Source: Trichosphaerium sp. ATCC 40318 (lineage: Eukaryota; Protista; Tubulinea). Taken from it: a stretch of DNA of 44,316 nt. A program made the position numbers and the translations under genes. Of the stretch, positions 12,585 to 25,490 are shown piece after piece. The notes beneath the pieces were generated by a model. That model saw only the letters and a program-made list of their open reading frames with translations, made no database searches and was not told the DNA's origin. The DNA lies in assembly GCA_038496445.1 (NCBI GenBank), contig JALMLS010000073.1:1-44316 (forward strand). Reading direction: 5' to 3'. Every line of letters starts with the position of its first letter. Position 1 is the first letter of the stretch.

Positions 12585-14640
12585 ATGAACTATGTATATG
12601 AAATAGGTAATTTTGGTGTTTAGTAAGGCAAGCGCCACTGCAGTAGTAGCGCTTACCAACGAACGCCGTTTTGTAAACGTTACAGCAAGAAAGAATACGG
12701 TTAAACAATTTTCATATTTTTTAAATCGCGTTAGCGCTCGTTATCCTTCTTGCTGTACCGTGACAAACTTTCTAGTATGCGTATCGTATTTTATATTTAA
12801 TTATTTATTAATTCACACTTGGTATCCCTCTATCGACATTTTTTTTTTCTTTTTTGTCTGCTTACTCATTTTTACCTTAGAGAACTTTACTGAGATACGA
12901 GATGACGTATTGGCTTGGGTTCGTCACCAACTTCGTTCATACTCTCACGTTAAGATTACTGGATTGAACAGGTGCGTCGTTGTTTCTGTTCTTTTTTTGT
13001 TTTGTGTTTCTTTTATTATTGGCTCTGACCCTGGTGGCTTAGTTTTTCAAATGGCGTACCCTTCTTGGCGTTGCTACATGCTGTTGATCACAAACTTGTA
13101 GATTTGGATCAATTTGAAATGGTAACGGTTTTTTCTTCCTTTCCTTTTATTGTTTTATTTGTGGAGAGGCTCTTTAACTAATTGTTTTTAATTTGTAGAC
13201 TGATAAAAAGAGATTACTTGCAACAGTGTTTCAGTTAGCCGAAAAGTACTTAGATATTCCTCCATTATTGAGTCCAGATGCTATTGTAGAAGGTAAGACG
13301 ACATAAAAGCAACAAAATGCTGATAATCTATAATTTTTTTTACTCATCTACGCGTAGGCGAAACACCTGAAGCTCTTCTATTGTATCTCTACATTTTTAA
13401 GATTAAGATTGAAGTACTGTCTATGAAGAAGAATCCTATTGGTACCATTCAAAACGAAGTATCACGTCTACGACATTTGGTGAAAAATGTACGTTTGCGG
13501 GTTCTTTTTTTGTAGCAACGACGGCGTTAGCTTTGTATGAAGCATGCACTTCGAAGCACAAGCGAATTTCTAGTCTACAAAAACCATTTTGTTGTTTGCT
13601 TTTTTTTTTTCTATTTAAACGCTTCTGACGATGGCTAAGGAGCTGAGTGTGCTTGATGGTGTTAAAGTTGACTTTGATGAGACAGTGCTACGTATATCTG
13701 ACCTTACTGATGATCAACAAAATCAAAGAATGGAATTTTACAAACAGTATGCAACGAGATTAATTTTATCTTCCGATACTGTCCAATACCTTTTATTGGA
13801 TTATTTTTTTTCTTCTTCCTAGAGGTCTTATTTTGTTTATAGGCGATCTGAGCGTACAGAAGAGGCTATTAAAGAAGCTCTAGAAGTAAATAAAGTGCTA
13901 TATCGCCAAAACGAGCTACTGAAGGAAAAAAATGATAAACTCCATGAACGTGTTAAAACGCTTGAAAAACTTGCTGAATATGAAGCGGAAGAGCGTCGTC
14001 GCTTGCAGGAGCAGTTTACTTTGCAAGAAAAACTTCGTGCAATCGAAGAACTTTTGAGCGAAGAAGATATTGAACAATACATTGAAGAAGCCAAAAAGGG
14101 TAATGTAGAGCCTATAGGATCTAATTCAAAGATTGAAGAACTTAACGAGATTCTTGGAAACAAACCAAAGTCAAAAGCGCAGCAAATGATGCGTATGAAG
14201 AACCTATCAAGCGGAAAGGATAAACCGAAACAGATTCAAAGAACAACAGCAGCTGCTGGAGGACTTCATAGTTTGTCAACACATTCTTCACATTCTACTC
14301 CTTCAGAGGCTTCGAATACATCTTCTACAGCTAGTCTCCCACCTCAAGCCGGATCAGATTCTCAAGTAAGCGTTGCGGCACCTTTGGGACATGCTCAGCC
14401 TTTATCTGAAAGAACAAAATCTGTTACTTTTTCAGCCAATGGTAGTGCTCCACCTGTGGTGAAACCTGAGCCTATTAAGGTTGTTAAAGCTAAAGAAGAA
14501 GTACCTGCAGTATCACCAAGAAGGCATATGTCTCCTAGAGGTCGTAGGAATAAGTGTAAGACTGTTTGAACTAAAAAACATGTTGCTAATTTTTTTTTTG
14601 TTTAGTGGTGAACAAAAATAGTCAAGAACTCGATCCTTAG
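12585..14640 (+). CDS. Calponin-homology (CH) domain + coiled-coil protein, putative actin-associated
   Basis: VLAWVRHQLRSYSHVKITGLNSFSNGVPFLALLH...CFQLAEKYLDIPPLLSPDAI is a CH2-type domain. An E/K-rich coiled coil (13895-14150) and an S/P-rich tail follow. Start and last exon are uncertain. Confidence 0.8.
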
Positions 14641-15125
14641 ATAGATCTATGGGATGAAGATGAAAACAGTTGATTTTTCTTTTGATTTTGAGAACCAACA
14701 AAAGAAGAATCTCTTAGCGTGGAGCTCCGTGTAAGGTCTAAAATTACATGTGTGTGGTGCACTTTGTAAAGGGTGAGAGGGGTTGAGAGTTGGGGTTTTT
14801 GGCTTATTAATTCCTTCCCTCTTCTTCTTGCTCTTTTTTGTTTAATGTAGATAGTGCGCCTGATCATGCTTTTTACGCTTAGTTGTATAATGTAATTAAT
14901 TTAAGAAAAAAAAGAGAATTAAACCAATTAATGATTTTATTGCTGTTGTTTTCTGTATTTATTGTAATGTACGGTGTTCACACTCCTCGTATAAAAACTA
15001 GAAATAGTAGCCGCAATCGGAGAGTTTACCTATAGCGTGCATCCTGCAATTGTTACCTTTTTAAAACGAGATGGTTTGCAAAATATATCAACTGGAAAAC
15101 AAACAGTTTTTTATTGGTTGTTTGA

Positions 15126-16950
15126 TTACATTGCTTGTAGTAAAAGACATATTATCAAACATACTGAGAGGAGAATCAAACTTATTTTGGTTTCCAATAT
15201 AACTGCAGTTGATGTTGGAGTGTCGTTTGTTGTAGGTTCTTCACTTGGAACACTTGAATCAATTGGCGAGTTACTCACATTTGGTTGTACTGATGGCGAA
15301 CGTGTTTGAACTGCATCCGGCGATAGCACGTTTGATGGAGATACAAAAGGTGCACCTGTTGAAGCAGAGATAGGCGACGACGTTGAAGGAGGTGGAGGAG
15401 GACATAGATATTGTTCATCAGCGAAAAAAATGGAAACTGTCTTTTGTCCTTGTGTCACGACCTTAAATGGTGGTTAAATAAATACTTGCTATTCCATGGC
15501 ACGTACAACGCCAATACCACATCTTGTTCCATCACGGGATATCCATGCTACATCCTGAGTTACAGGTTGATACGGTTCATTTGGTAAAATATTTGTAATC
15601 ACGTTGTTGTTACTTGTTATGGAATTAAGAACTGTCCTTCTAGTACGATATGTTCTTATCACAGATGCAACAAAGTCTAGTTTCTCATGCGAAGAAGGAG
15701 CCATAACCACATTATTTGAATTTAGATCAATTGCAAAGTGTTGTGAGAGAGAATTGTAGTGAACTTTTAGTCGTCCCGGGTTTGTACAATCCAATGATAG
15801 ACGTTGAAGTAACAGAGATTTACTGTGTTTTGTGTATAAAAACACTGCCGCATGTTTGGTTACCGGAGCGTATGCTGTACTTTTTAAGAACGAGGCAGTT
15901 CTTCCGGCAGACACAGTACTCAATATCTAGTTGAAAAGTATGAATAACCAACTTGCGCATGTGAACTTTTTTTGTTTCTGTTTACCTCGGTATAGGGAGA
16001 AGTGATAAACTGCGTATAGATGTCAGTATCGCTGAATGTACGATAAAAGAAAAGGAAGCATTCATCCATGGCAACTGCTGTAGTGTATCTTTTGTATCCT
16101 GCGTTACTAACTAAAAAGAGGTTAGTATTTAAGTATTTAGTGCTCTTTAAACGCACAGTTAGTATCCATCTTTCGAACTTGTTTGTCTTCATTCACAAAG
16201 ATAGGGTACAATCCTGGTGTCACAATCATATACGTATTTGTAGCTAAAGTATCAGGTTATTATCAATACATGTAACTTTGTATAACGAAACGCACTCCTA
16301 GCGAAGGAGAAACCATAATCTGCATCAAACCATGTGCTATCCCTAAGTAGTTCAAGAGGCTCTGAAACCGTTAGCTAGTGAACATTAGATAACGATATTG
16401 ATATACAGTACGTACGCCTCCGTTGTATCCAATAAATCGTAGGTACATGGTATAGTTATCGCGACCAAGTGCGTCTCGAGTTAACACAGCAAACTCATCA
16501 TTTCCGTATATAATCTGCAAGTAAGCCACGGGTACTGATACTCTATGGACACTTGCAGTTCCACCAGAAATTTCTAAGAAAATACGTTACTTGTCAGCAC
16601 GTGAATATTATAAAAACAAGTGCTTGCCTTCGAGTGTACCCATCATAATAGCAAAACCAGTTTGCTTTAAATATCCATCCACAGTATTAATACAAATACG
16701 AACAGCTAAACAGACAACATCTCCTTTGCCGGGTATGGTACCACTAGTGATGACCGGATCATGTAGCTCTTCATCCATGCTCTCCAGTACTTGTTCCAGA
16801 CCCAAAGTACGCAAATCGCTCCATTCGTTAAGCTCCAAAGCAAACGCTAGTTGTATTTAATAGGTTATGCAAGAAGGTATTGAAGGTACATTTAAATGAA
16901 AGCAATACAAAAAGAACCAATAGCGTAGTGGTGTTGTATGTTGTATTCAT
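15126..16950 (-). CDS. Putative GPI-anchored cell-surface protein, paralogue A
   Basis: N-terminal signal (TTTLLVLFVLLSFK..FALELNEW), a beta-rich Cys-containing ectodomain, a P/S/T-rich stalk (PPPPPSTSSP..), and a hydrophobic C-terminus (ISLILLSVCLIICLLLQAM*). Confidence 0.75.
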
Positions 16951-17187
16951 TGTGTACAATGAAGGTGTATGAATAGGAAAAAAAAGGATTGTTAGCCATA
17001 GTGGATCATAGTGCACCTCGTATTTATGTCCTTTATCATTGTATGTTTATGTCACAAAGAACCAGAATTAGTCCACACTGGGTTAAAGTAGTTTACTGCG
17101 AAACTTTATTGCAGCTTTTTTTGGTGTAAAATTACTTTCTGTGGTTGATAAAGCCTTTATCAAAATATATGGAGGCTATGGACGCAT

Positions 17188-19148
17188 TTAGTCACGGTCC
17201 TATTCTTTCCGGGTTGCCCTATTTTTTCCGCTTTTGAAAGTGCGTATTAATATGTGCAGAGACATTTGCGACAGAAACGGGGTCGCGAAACGCACTTTCT
17301 TAGTTTTCATAAAATTCCAAGCTTTTAGCATTGCCAAGCGTTACATTTCCAACCGAAATAGCTGGGCGCTACACGGCTAAACAACAATCAGGCTAAAACA
17401 GAACTCAAGCTGCCTATGACATGAAGTGAGAACAAAAAGAAAAATAATTTCAACACACAATTTTCAACAAATCACCGAAAAAAAAAAGTGTCGCAACTTT
17501 TTGGGCCAACCACTAAGTGTACGAAATTTAACACAGAGGAGAGGTTGTCGAGAGTATCAAATAATTGTTTGTTAAAATTCACAAAGCCGTAAACAGTGAT
17601 TTAAGATTCGGGTGTGAACATTAGCATTAAAACTGGGCCACAAAATCAAAGATGTACATATGCGCTATATTTCTTACTACACCTGAGTCATTAGGAAATA
17701 TAGTGAGCCAGTCTGCAACATTCAGGTTTTACACTCTGAGAATGTGATGTCACCAAAATTGTTGATCACATTTTTAGTTTTTTGTGGTTGTATTTGGAGT
17801 TGACTCCGTAAGTTTGTATCCCATGATTCAAAATGTGTCCCAATTCGGTACAAATCATTCATGATAAGTGAGACAATGGGCAAGTTGACGTTTGCAATGA
17901 ATATATCCAGGAAAGGCGTTAATACTGTATTTATTACACTTGTGGCATCCTCATGTAAAGAGTAAAAAGTGGTATATTTCTATGCTCAGAGAAGCGTTTG
18001 TGCTACAGATCCATATCACCAGCACTACATGTATAATGAGGAGGGAAATCATAGTAGTAGAAGTGGTGCAAATTTTTTTCGTGAGTGGTAAACGGAGACT
18101 ATCCTTTCTCAAAAAATTCACAATTTGCTTCTACATTTGAACATTCTCAGTCCCCATCCCTATATTCCACAGGCTACTTGATGTTTGTATACAAGCACCA
18201 ACACTATGTTGTAGACGCTCATTATATAAGATTGCATTTAAATAATGGGAGATGCTCATTTCACATCAATTCTTACTTGTTGTGTATGTTTGTGTGGCGA
18301 TAGTTAAACTCAATATTGACATCATAATATGGTATGTAATTTTATATAAAGCTGTAGTTCAAAGCAAACATATTAATACTCTAAAGTTGGACTGTTAATG
18401 TCACAATAGGTATACGCTGGTGTTGGCCTACAGAAAAATATAGATTGTGGAAAAAAACTGAAAAAACTGATGTGCCAACATGATTTGTCTGACCTGAAGT
18501 CATTGACAAAACATCGATGAAAGTATAAATGAGTTATAGTTAATATAACAAGCCTTTGATATTAAGCTGTATACCCATCTGCGTTTGGGTGACGGTGACT
18601 AAGAGTATGATGTTAATTCTATAAGTGCAATAGAGTTTGATAAAGATCAAACATAGAAATAATTTTCAGTCTACCTGAGAAACAGCACTTGTTCTCAACT
18701 GGTAACAAAACCTGTGCATCCCAAATTTGCAAAAAAAAAGTTACAATGGAAAGCTAGAAAAGCAAAATTAAAAACAACGTTGCATAAAAAAATACCAAAT
18801 CAGCCCTCTGTAAACTCCAAACATGAATTGTACGTTTCTTATGAGAGGTACTATAAGTAAAATATGTCTAGTAGATGGCGTGTAAGTAGTGCGAGATGAA
18901 AGCGTGCTCTAGTTTCCCAAAAGTGTTTTACAATATCAGAGGCAAAAATAGTGAGAAATGCGTGTAAGCTAACAAGTAACAGCATATCTGAGTACCTATA
19001 CCGCGTGCCTAATATCGTGTATTCCTTATACTAGAATTCGGAATATCTTACTTATGTTTGAAGGGAGAAACTTATTGTTTTGTACTGAAATTTTTGATTT
19101 TTACCCGGAAAAAATAGGGCGGTCCGGAAAAAATAGGACGCTGACTAA
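17188..19148. mobile_element. Non-autonomous DNA-transposon-like element bounded by 43-bp imperfect terminal inverted repeats
   Basis: 17188-17230 TTAGTCACGGTCCTATTCTTTCCGGGTTGCCCTATTTTTTCCG versus the reverse complement of 19106-19148 TTAGTCAGCGTCCTATTTTTTCCGGACCGCCCTATTTTTTCCG (37/43 identical). No long internal ORF. Confidence 0.7.
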
Positions 19149-19400
19149 TTACAGCGCTTAGCGATTTAGTGCTTTATGATCTCACTTACGATTCAATAAA
19201 TGTGATCTCATATACACTTCACATACCTAAGTTTCATGTAGTGAAACACGTGATGTTTGTATTACCTACTCAGTCCATCTTTACTCAACTCAGTTTATGA
19301 TCGAGTCATTCCTAGTACTTAGCGAATAGATAATACCTCTACTAGGTTGTTGTATTCATACTAATTAATACAACAGGAAAAAAACAGTTTATTAGTTCGA

Positions 19401-21324
19401 TTACATTCCGACCAGTAAAAGACACATTATCAAATATCCTGAGAGGAAAATCGAACTTGTTTTGGTTTCCAACATAAATGCACTAGATGCTAAAGTAGTG
19501 TTGGTTGTTGGATGTAAATTAGGGCTCTTTGTTGTAGGTTCTTCACTTGGAACACTTGAATCAATTGGCGAGTTACTCACACTTGGTTGTACTGATGGCG
19601 AACGTGTTTGAACTGCATCAGGCGACAGTACGTTTGACGGAGTTACAAAGGGTGCGCTTGCGGGAGGTTTTGTAGATGGAGGAGATGTATTAGGAGGGTT
19701 TGTAGGCGGAGGAAGAGTAGGTGGAGGAGGACATAGATATTGTTCATCAGCGAAAAAAATGGAAACTGTATTTTGCCCGTATATCACAACCTTAAATAGC
19801 GGTTAAATAAATACTTATTATTCCATAGTACGTACAACACCGACACCACATCTAGTTTCACTACTGGACAACCATGCTACATCCTGAGTTAAAGGTTTAT
19901 ACGGTTGGTTTGGTAAGACATTTGAAATAATTTCGTTTTCACTTGTTATGGAATAGAGAACTGTCTTTCTATCACGGTTCGCCGTTCGTATCACAGCTGC
20001 AATGAAAGCTTTGCTTTCATGTGAAGAGGGAGCTATTGCAACAGTTCTTGTATACGTATCAATTTCAATTTTTGTTGATAAAATATCGTTGTGAACAACT
20101 ACTGGTACCGATCCTGAGTTTGTACAATCTAATGATAGTTGTTGAATTCTCAGAGTTTTATCTCCAGCAAAGCCTGTGAATAAAAATACTCCTGCGTGCT
20201 TGGAAACTGGGTCGTATGCTACACTATCAAAGAACCGAGTGGTGGAGCCTCTATAAGCAGTATACTTCATCAACTAGTAGGATGTTACTCATTTGAAATG
20301 TTTTGTTTTGCTTTCTGTTTACCTCAGTGTAGGGAGAGGTGATAGACTGTGTTTCGATGTCACCATTTGCACTTCTTTTAAAAATAAAAAGGAAGCATTC
20401 ATCCATGGCAATTGCTGTAGTATCTCTTACAGGAAAGCTTGGTGTTTGAATTACTAAACGAATGTGAGGCAAGTACTACGTTGTTGTTTGAACGTACAGT
20501 TAGTATCCATCTTTCGTACTTGTTTGTCTCCATTCACAAAGGTAGGGTATAATCCTGGTGTCACAATCATGTATGTATTTGTAGCTAAAGCATCAGGTTA
20601 TAATCAGGTTACTATCCATAAATGTTACTTTGTTTTTCGAAACATACGTCTAGCGAATGTGAAACCCAAACCTGCATCGAAACTGGCGCTACTGGTATGT
20701 ATTTCAAGGGGCTCTGAAATTGTTAACTATACAAATAAATGTTAGATACCCATAGCATTGATATTGTACGTACGCCTCCGTTGTACCTAATAAATCGTAG
20801 GTACATGGTAAATTTTGAAGGACCGACTGTATCTCGAGTTAACACAGCAAACTCATCATTTCCATATACAATCTGTAAATGCTCCACGGGTACTGCTACT
20901 TTATGGACACTTGCAGTTCCACCAGAAATTTCTAAGAAAAAATACACGTTAATTGTCAGCACGTGAATATTATAAAAACAAGTGCTTGCCTTCGAGTGTA
21001 CCCATCATGACAACAAACCCGCTTATTTGCAGTGTATCTAAAATGCCAGCGATACGAACAGCTAAGCAGACAACATCTCCCTTACTGGGTATGGTACCAC
21101 TAGCGATGACCGGATCACGAATCTGTTCTTTCGTATTATTGAGTACTTGTTCCAGACCCAAGGTGCGCAAATCACCCCATTCGTTCAGCTCCAAAGCAAA
21201 CGCTAGTTGTATTTTTTAAGGAACTTAATGGCAGAAGGTTACGCAGGAAGGTATTGTAGGTACCCTGAAATGAAAGCAATACAAAAAGAAACGAAAGGGT
21301 AGTAATTTGTTGTGTTGTACTCAT
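19401..21324 (-). CDS. Putative GPI-anchored cell-surface protein, paralogue B
   Basis: Same exon structure and shared blocks as 15126-16950 (ELNEWxDLRTLGLEQV, GTLEGKHLF, AMDECFLF, TQDVAW, TVSIFFADEQYLCPPPP). Confidence 0.75.
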
Positions 21325-21842
21325 TATGTATAACAATGGGTGTGAATGAAAACAGAATTGTTAGCCATAGTGGATCATAGTGGTACACATTGTACAATAC
21401 TCGTTAATTTGGGAAAATAGCCACTCTTCGAAACTACCTCTACTTTGCCGCAGCTCAATAAGCATCAAGTCAATACAATTGAATGAACTCACAACAAAAA
21501 ATGTTGCGAGATGTTTGGGATACTGATGTGCCGCTTTAAAGGCGGTAACATGCCAGGGCTTAAACTTTTGCTGAACAGATAACACTGGTCTCATATACTT
21601 CGATAGCTAAATTAACTTAAAAAGGCGAAAAAATTGCTGAACTCGTACCCTTCCGTTATAACAACAGCTAGCTGGCAGCGATCACTCCATTACTAAACTG
21701 AGACAAAATAGCGGTGTCACCTTCAAATTCATATTGCTAGGGAAATAAAAAGGCTGCAACAACCTCTTTGTTGTCATAAAGGATTTTCTAGCAAAAGTTT
21801 TTTTGTTTTTTTTTTGTTTTTTTTGTTTTTTTTTTTTTTTTT

Positions 21843-22112
21843 TTACATTCTTGGGCTTCCGCCTTCGAATGCCATTTTTGCTAGATCTATGTCATAGCTG
21901 GATATCATTACGATATTTGATACGCCTGTAGGTGGGTAGTAGAGGTCTTCTACCTGTGGGTCCCAAGTCAGAGCATAGGTGTAGTTTGGTCTGGTGTGAA
22001 CCAGGATGCTTTTAGGGACTGTGACCGTGACATTAATCACTAATGGTCTGCCCAGGAGAGAATCGTATTTTTTACGAGCGTACTTTCGCACTGCTCGGAG
22101 TAGTCTTGACAT
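21843..22112 (-). CDS. Intronless 89-aa hypothetical ORF followed directly by an A-rich tract
   Basis: True ATG at 22112 and stop at 21843. A ~45-nt T-rich tract at 21798-21843 on + lies immediately 3' of the stop on the minus strand. Confidence 0.4.
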   Translation of the reverse strand: MSRLLRAVRKYARKKYDSLLGRPLVINVTVTVPKSILVHTRPNYTYALTWDPQVEDLYYPPTGVSNIVMISSYDIDLAKMAFEGGSPRM

Positions 22113-22555
22113 GTCAAGCAGAAGTATAGATTTTATAGTTGTAGTATTCGTATGCTTCCACTAGATAAAAAAATCGATTTTCCTTTTAACCAAGTAATTT
22201 CTTATTGCAAAAAAATTGTGGTTTGCTACAGTTTTTGAGAAAACCGAGCTAATACGTTGTACATGGTAATTGAAGCATATCAAGTCCAATTGTTAGTAAA
22301 AATACGGATTTCGATGTTGGGTTTTAAGATGTGGAGTTATGAAGTAAATCGAGAGTGGCTTGTTGAGAAACAAAAGTGAAATTCGAAAAAGACTTAAAGC
22401 AGCTTACACCGGTTTCTGCGTTCCCGTGTAGTATCTTCTACGCGTATTTTAACACTCATCTATATTTACAAGGGATATTAAGTCAAAACTAAATAATAAG
22501 AATCCGAAGAACCGAGAACTTGCGTAATCAACCTTTATTTACTAATGGTATGTTA

Positions 22556-23170
22556 TTAATGTAAAGCAAGGTGTTTCGGTGTAGTTTTGATCCAAAAAAG
22601 GTTGATCTTTCTGTTGTAGCTTCTCTCAAGCTCTTGTTGCTCAAAATACGCCTCGATTTTATAGCGTAGAAGAATCATAGCGTTGGTGACGGTTTGAACA
22701 TGTATCGTGCCTTTTCGGTTCAAAAAAACGTGATCGTACCGTTACCAATGTTCAGTTGATTTTGCTCTTATACGCGCTTGTATGTAATATGAGAGATAGC
22801 TGTATAAACCATAACCTTTTTGGCGCGCTTTCAGTTCAAAATAGCATTTTCCTTTCTTTTGTAGACTCTAACGTATTAGCAAGAGCCACGACGTGTGCCT
22901 CTTTGATTCACGATACTTTAAGACCCTTTAGAGCTGGTTCTGCGCGATAACAGTTGCAAACTCGTAAGCATGGCTCATCAGCTTGCTGTGACACATAGAA
23001 TGTGCGAGCGCTTTCCGTGATCTACATTTAGACTGGTTTACGCCTTTGGCAACCGTTCGCATACTGCATAGGATTAATGACCTTCAATAGACTTTGGTTC
23101 GCTCACAATAGATACAATGCGAATGTTCGAAGGCCTTAAGTCTTGTTTTAGGTAATCATGCCTTGATAGC
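22556..23170 (-). CDS. Possible spliced hypothetical gene or remnant
   Basis: Segments bounded by GT/AG translate plausibly (ITESARTFYVSQQ..; GTIHVQTVTNAMILLRYKIEAYFEQQELERS..LH*), but no coherent 5' end was found. Confidence 0.25.
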
Positions 23171-23378
23171 TATCAAATTCAGCTTGAGATATCCGTGTAG
23201 TTAGATATCTGCCTTTTCAGTTGATTCATCAGTAAGACGCTAAGATATACTGTCACGGGTACACGCTATTCGTTAGGAAACAAATGAAGCAGTTAGTAAT
23301 TTTCTTTTTTTATTATTTTAGTGTTGCACATAGTACTTGCTGATACTGATTAGGAGTAGATTTCAGTTGTATATGTTG

Positions 23379-25490
23379 TTAAATAACAAATACACTAAGT
23401 ACTAACAACCAAAGAGATACCAAAAGTACGCTTGATGAAGAACATTCACTACCTTTTTCATCAGAAATACTAAACCGTAATAGGAGAATTGTTCTTCCAA
23501 AAGAATGTTCCTTCTCCTTTTGTGTCTTTACACATGGTGGTAGTAATATGGTAGGATTGACTTGAATACAACTGTCACTGTAAGATATTGTAACGGTAGT
23601 TGTCTAATTAAACAAATGAGGTCAGTGTCCCATTAAAGTCATAAAAAAAAAGTGGAATTAAATCGTACACCCTTTGTTGCTTCAACAGCAAGATTCTCAG
23701 CATCCAAACAATTTCCAATATTTAAAGATATGTCACCCGATCCAAAACTAATAGTTGTGCCTTCGGGTAGTTCGAGGTTTCCTAGATGAAATAACACGTT
23801 GGTAATTACAAGACTAGTCATAAGATATTTTTTTTTCTTAGTTTTTTCTTGTTTCTTTTAGTTCAGTCGTACCAACAATCTCCACATCTTGTAACACTTC
23901 AATCTTATTGTCTTTACTTTTTGCTATCTTGGCCTCCCATTCATATGATATTGGTGCTGTATTGAACTTTTCTGGCTTTGAAGGCGTCCATGTAGGCCAT
24001 TTGTAGTATTCAACTTCACATATTGGAAGAAGAGGTTTCCCATTTACTGTTGTTTCAATACATTTATAATCACTCAACCTTTCAAGCGTACTAAAAACTT
24101 GTGTTAATAATAATCGTGAAAATAGCATTATAATAACTACATATCACAAAAAAAAAAAAAAAAAGTTGTACAAGTAAACACATTTTTCTTCTCCACCATC
24201 TGGTTGAATGCTGGTAGTAACATCCCACGGATTTATATCAACGGTATTGTTTGTTAAGTTTAATACCCAATCATCAACCCAAGGTTCTGAACCTCCTTCT
24301 TTTGTTTGCTACAATAAGCTATTAGGATCCTTGTCCAAATTATTAAGTTGGCATTTGAACTCTACTTAAACAATTTTATTTTTCTAATTACGTACCCAAG
24401 CATAATCAGATGAATTAGATCTACCCAAAGAAGACAGACCAATAAGAAACGGTCCTGTGTAATTTATTCCAGCAACCTTAACACCCCACCTATGTTCATC
24501 AAATGAATTGGAGCTGGCAAGATATCCGCCTCTCTTCCTGCAAAAAAGGCCAGCATTTATGAAATTTGGATTCGTCATGTTATACACTACATAAAAACGA
24601 TCTAGATATTTTGTTTATAAGTACACCTGCACGTGCGCAAGAAAAACGGAAATAACAACTTTCATTTCGAGAAAAACACGAAAAACAGCTTACCGATATA
24701 CAAGCGATATTGTAGGGACTCTGTAAGCACTACTTTTGAAAAATTGTACTCAACTTGAATACAGTTTGAGAATCCTTTGGTAATATTGGATTCGCAAACA
24801 AAGTGAGTTGCATCACACTTGTTAGTGATCACCTAAAAAGTTCTTTGAATAAACTACAAAATCAAAAATTTGGAAACAACGTACTCCTGACTCATATTGA
24901 GTACAACCAGGGGTGGTGTTGAAGAGTTATACAACCCTGGCATGATAAATTTGTTATTGTATGTAAAAGTAGTAGATGATGAGACTGAAAGCAGAAAATT
25001 CTAAGCAACGTTAACTGTGCAACAAAAACTACTATAAAAAAAGATCAGCTTTTTGCTCAACAAGGAGCAGAGTCTCAAAATAGACCTACGGTTTTACAAA
25101 ACGGTTGCTAAAGGCCTCTGAAACGTGAATAATGAAATAAGACGTATAATGGCAGCTATCCATACACAACTTTTATCAAAAAAGGCGAAAGTGAACTTTC
25201 TTTTAATACTACGTACTGGGAAATTTGCGAGTGCAATTGCTTCGTTTACGGTTGCTATCGCTACAGGGTGAAAATCTAAACCCCAGTTTTAGTACAATTG
25301 CGTGGTTCTATACTCTTTACTTACCACCATTACATTCGACTTCCCATCTACCGTTATACGACGCTGCATCATCGTACAGTTGATATCTCTTCCCATGTTC
25401 TTCACAGGTGTCCACAAGTGCACCATTCGCTGTTTGGACGCTGGTTACGTATATTACGAGTGCAATACGCATAAATATGCGTAGATTCAT
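23379..25490 (-). CDS. C-type lectin-like domain surface protein with signal peptide and GPI-like C-terminus
   Basis: Signal MNLRIFMRIALVIYVTSVQTANG. CTLD motifs: NFINAGLFCRKRGGYLASSNS, FLIGL, DYAW, W...QPDGGEEKCV, DYKC, PICE. C-terminus SSSSVLLVSLWLLVLSVFVI*. Exons at 24890-25210 are not resolved. Confidence 0.7.

Noticed and set aside
24945-24965. In-frame TAA as evidence for a non-standard genetic code
   Set aside because: TAA, TAG and TGA all terminate well-conserved genes here (SNF7, ychF, GH2). An unresolved intron or a mutation is more likely.
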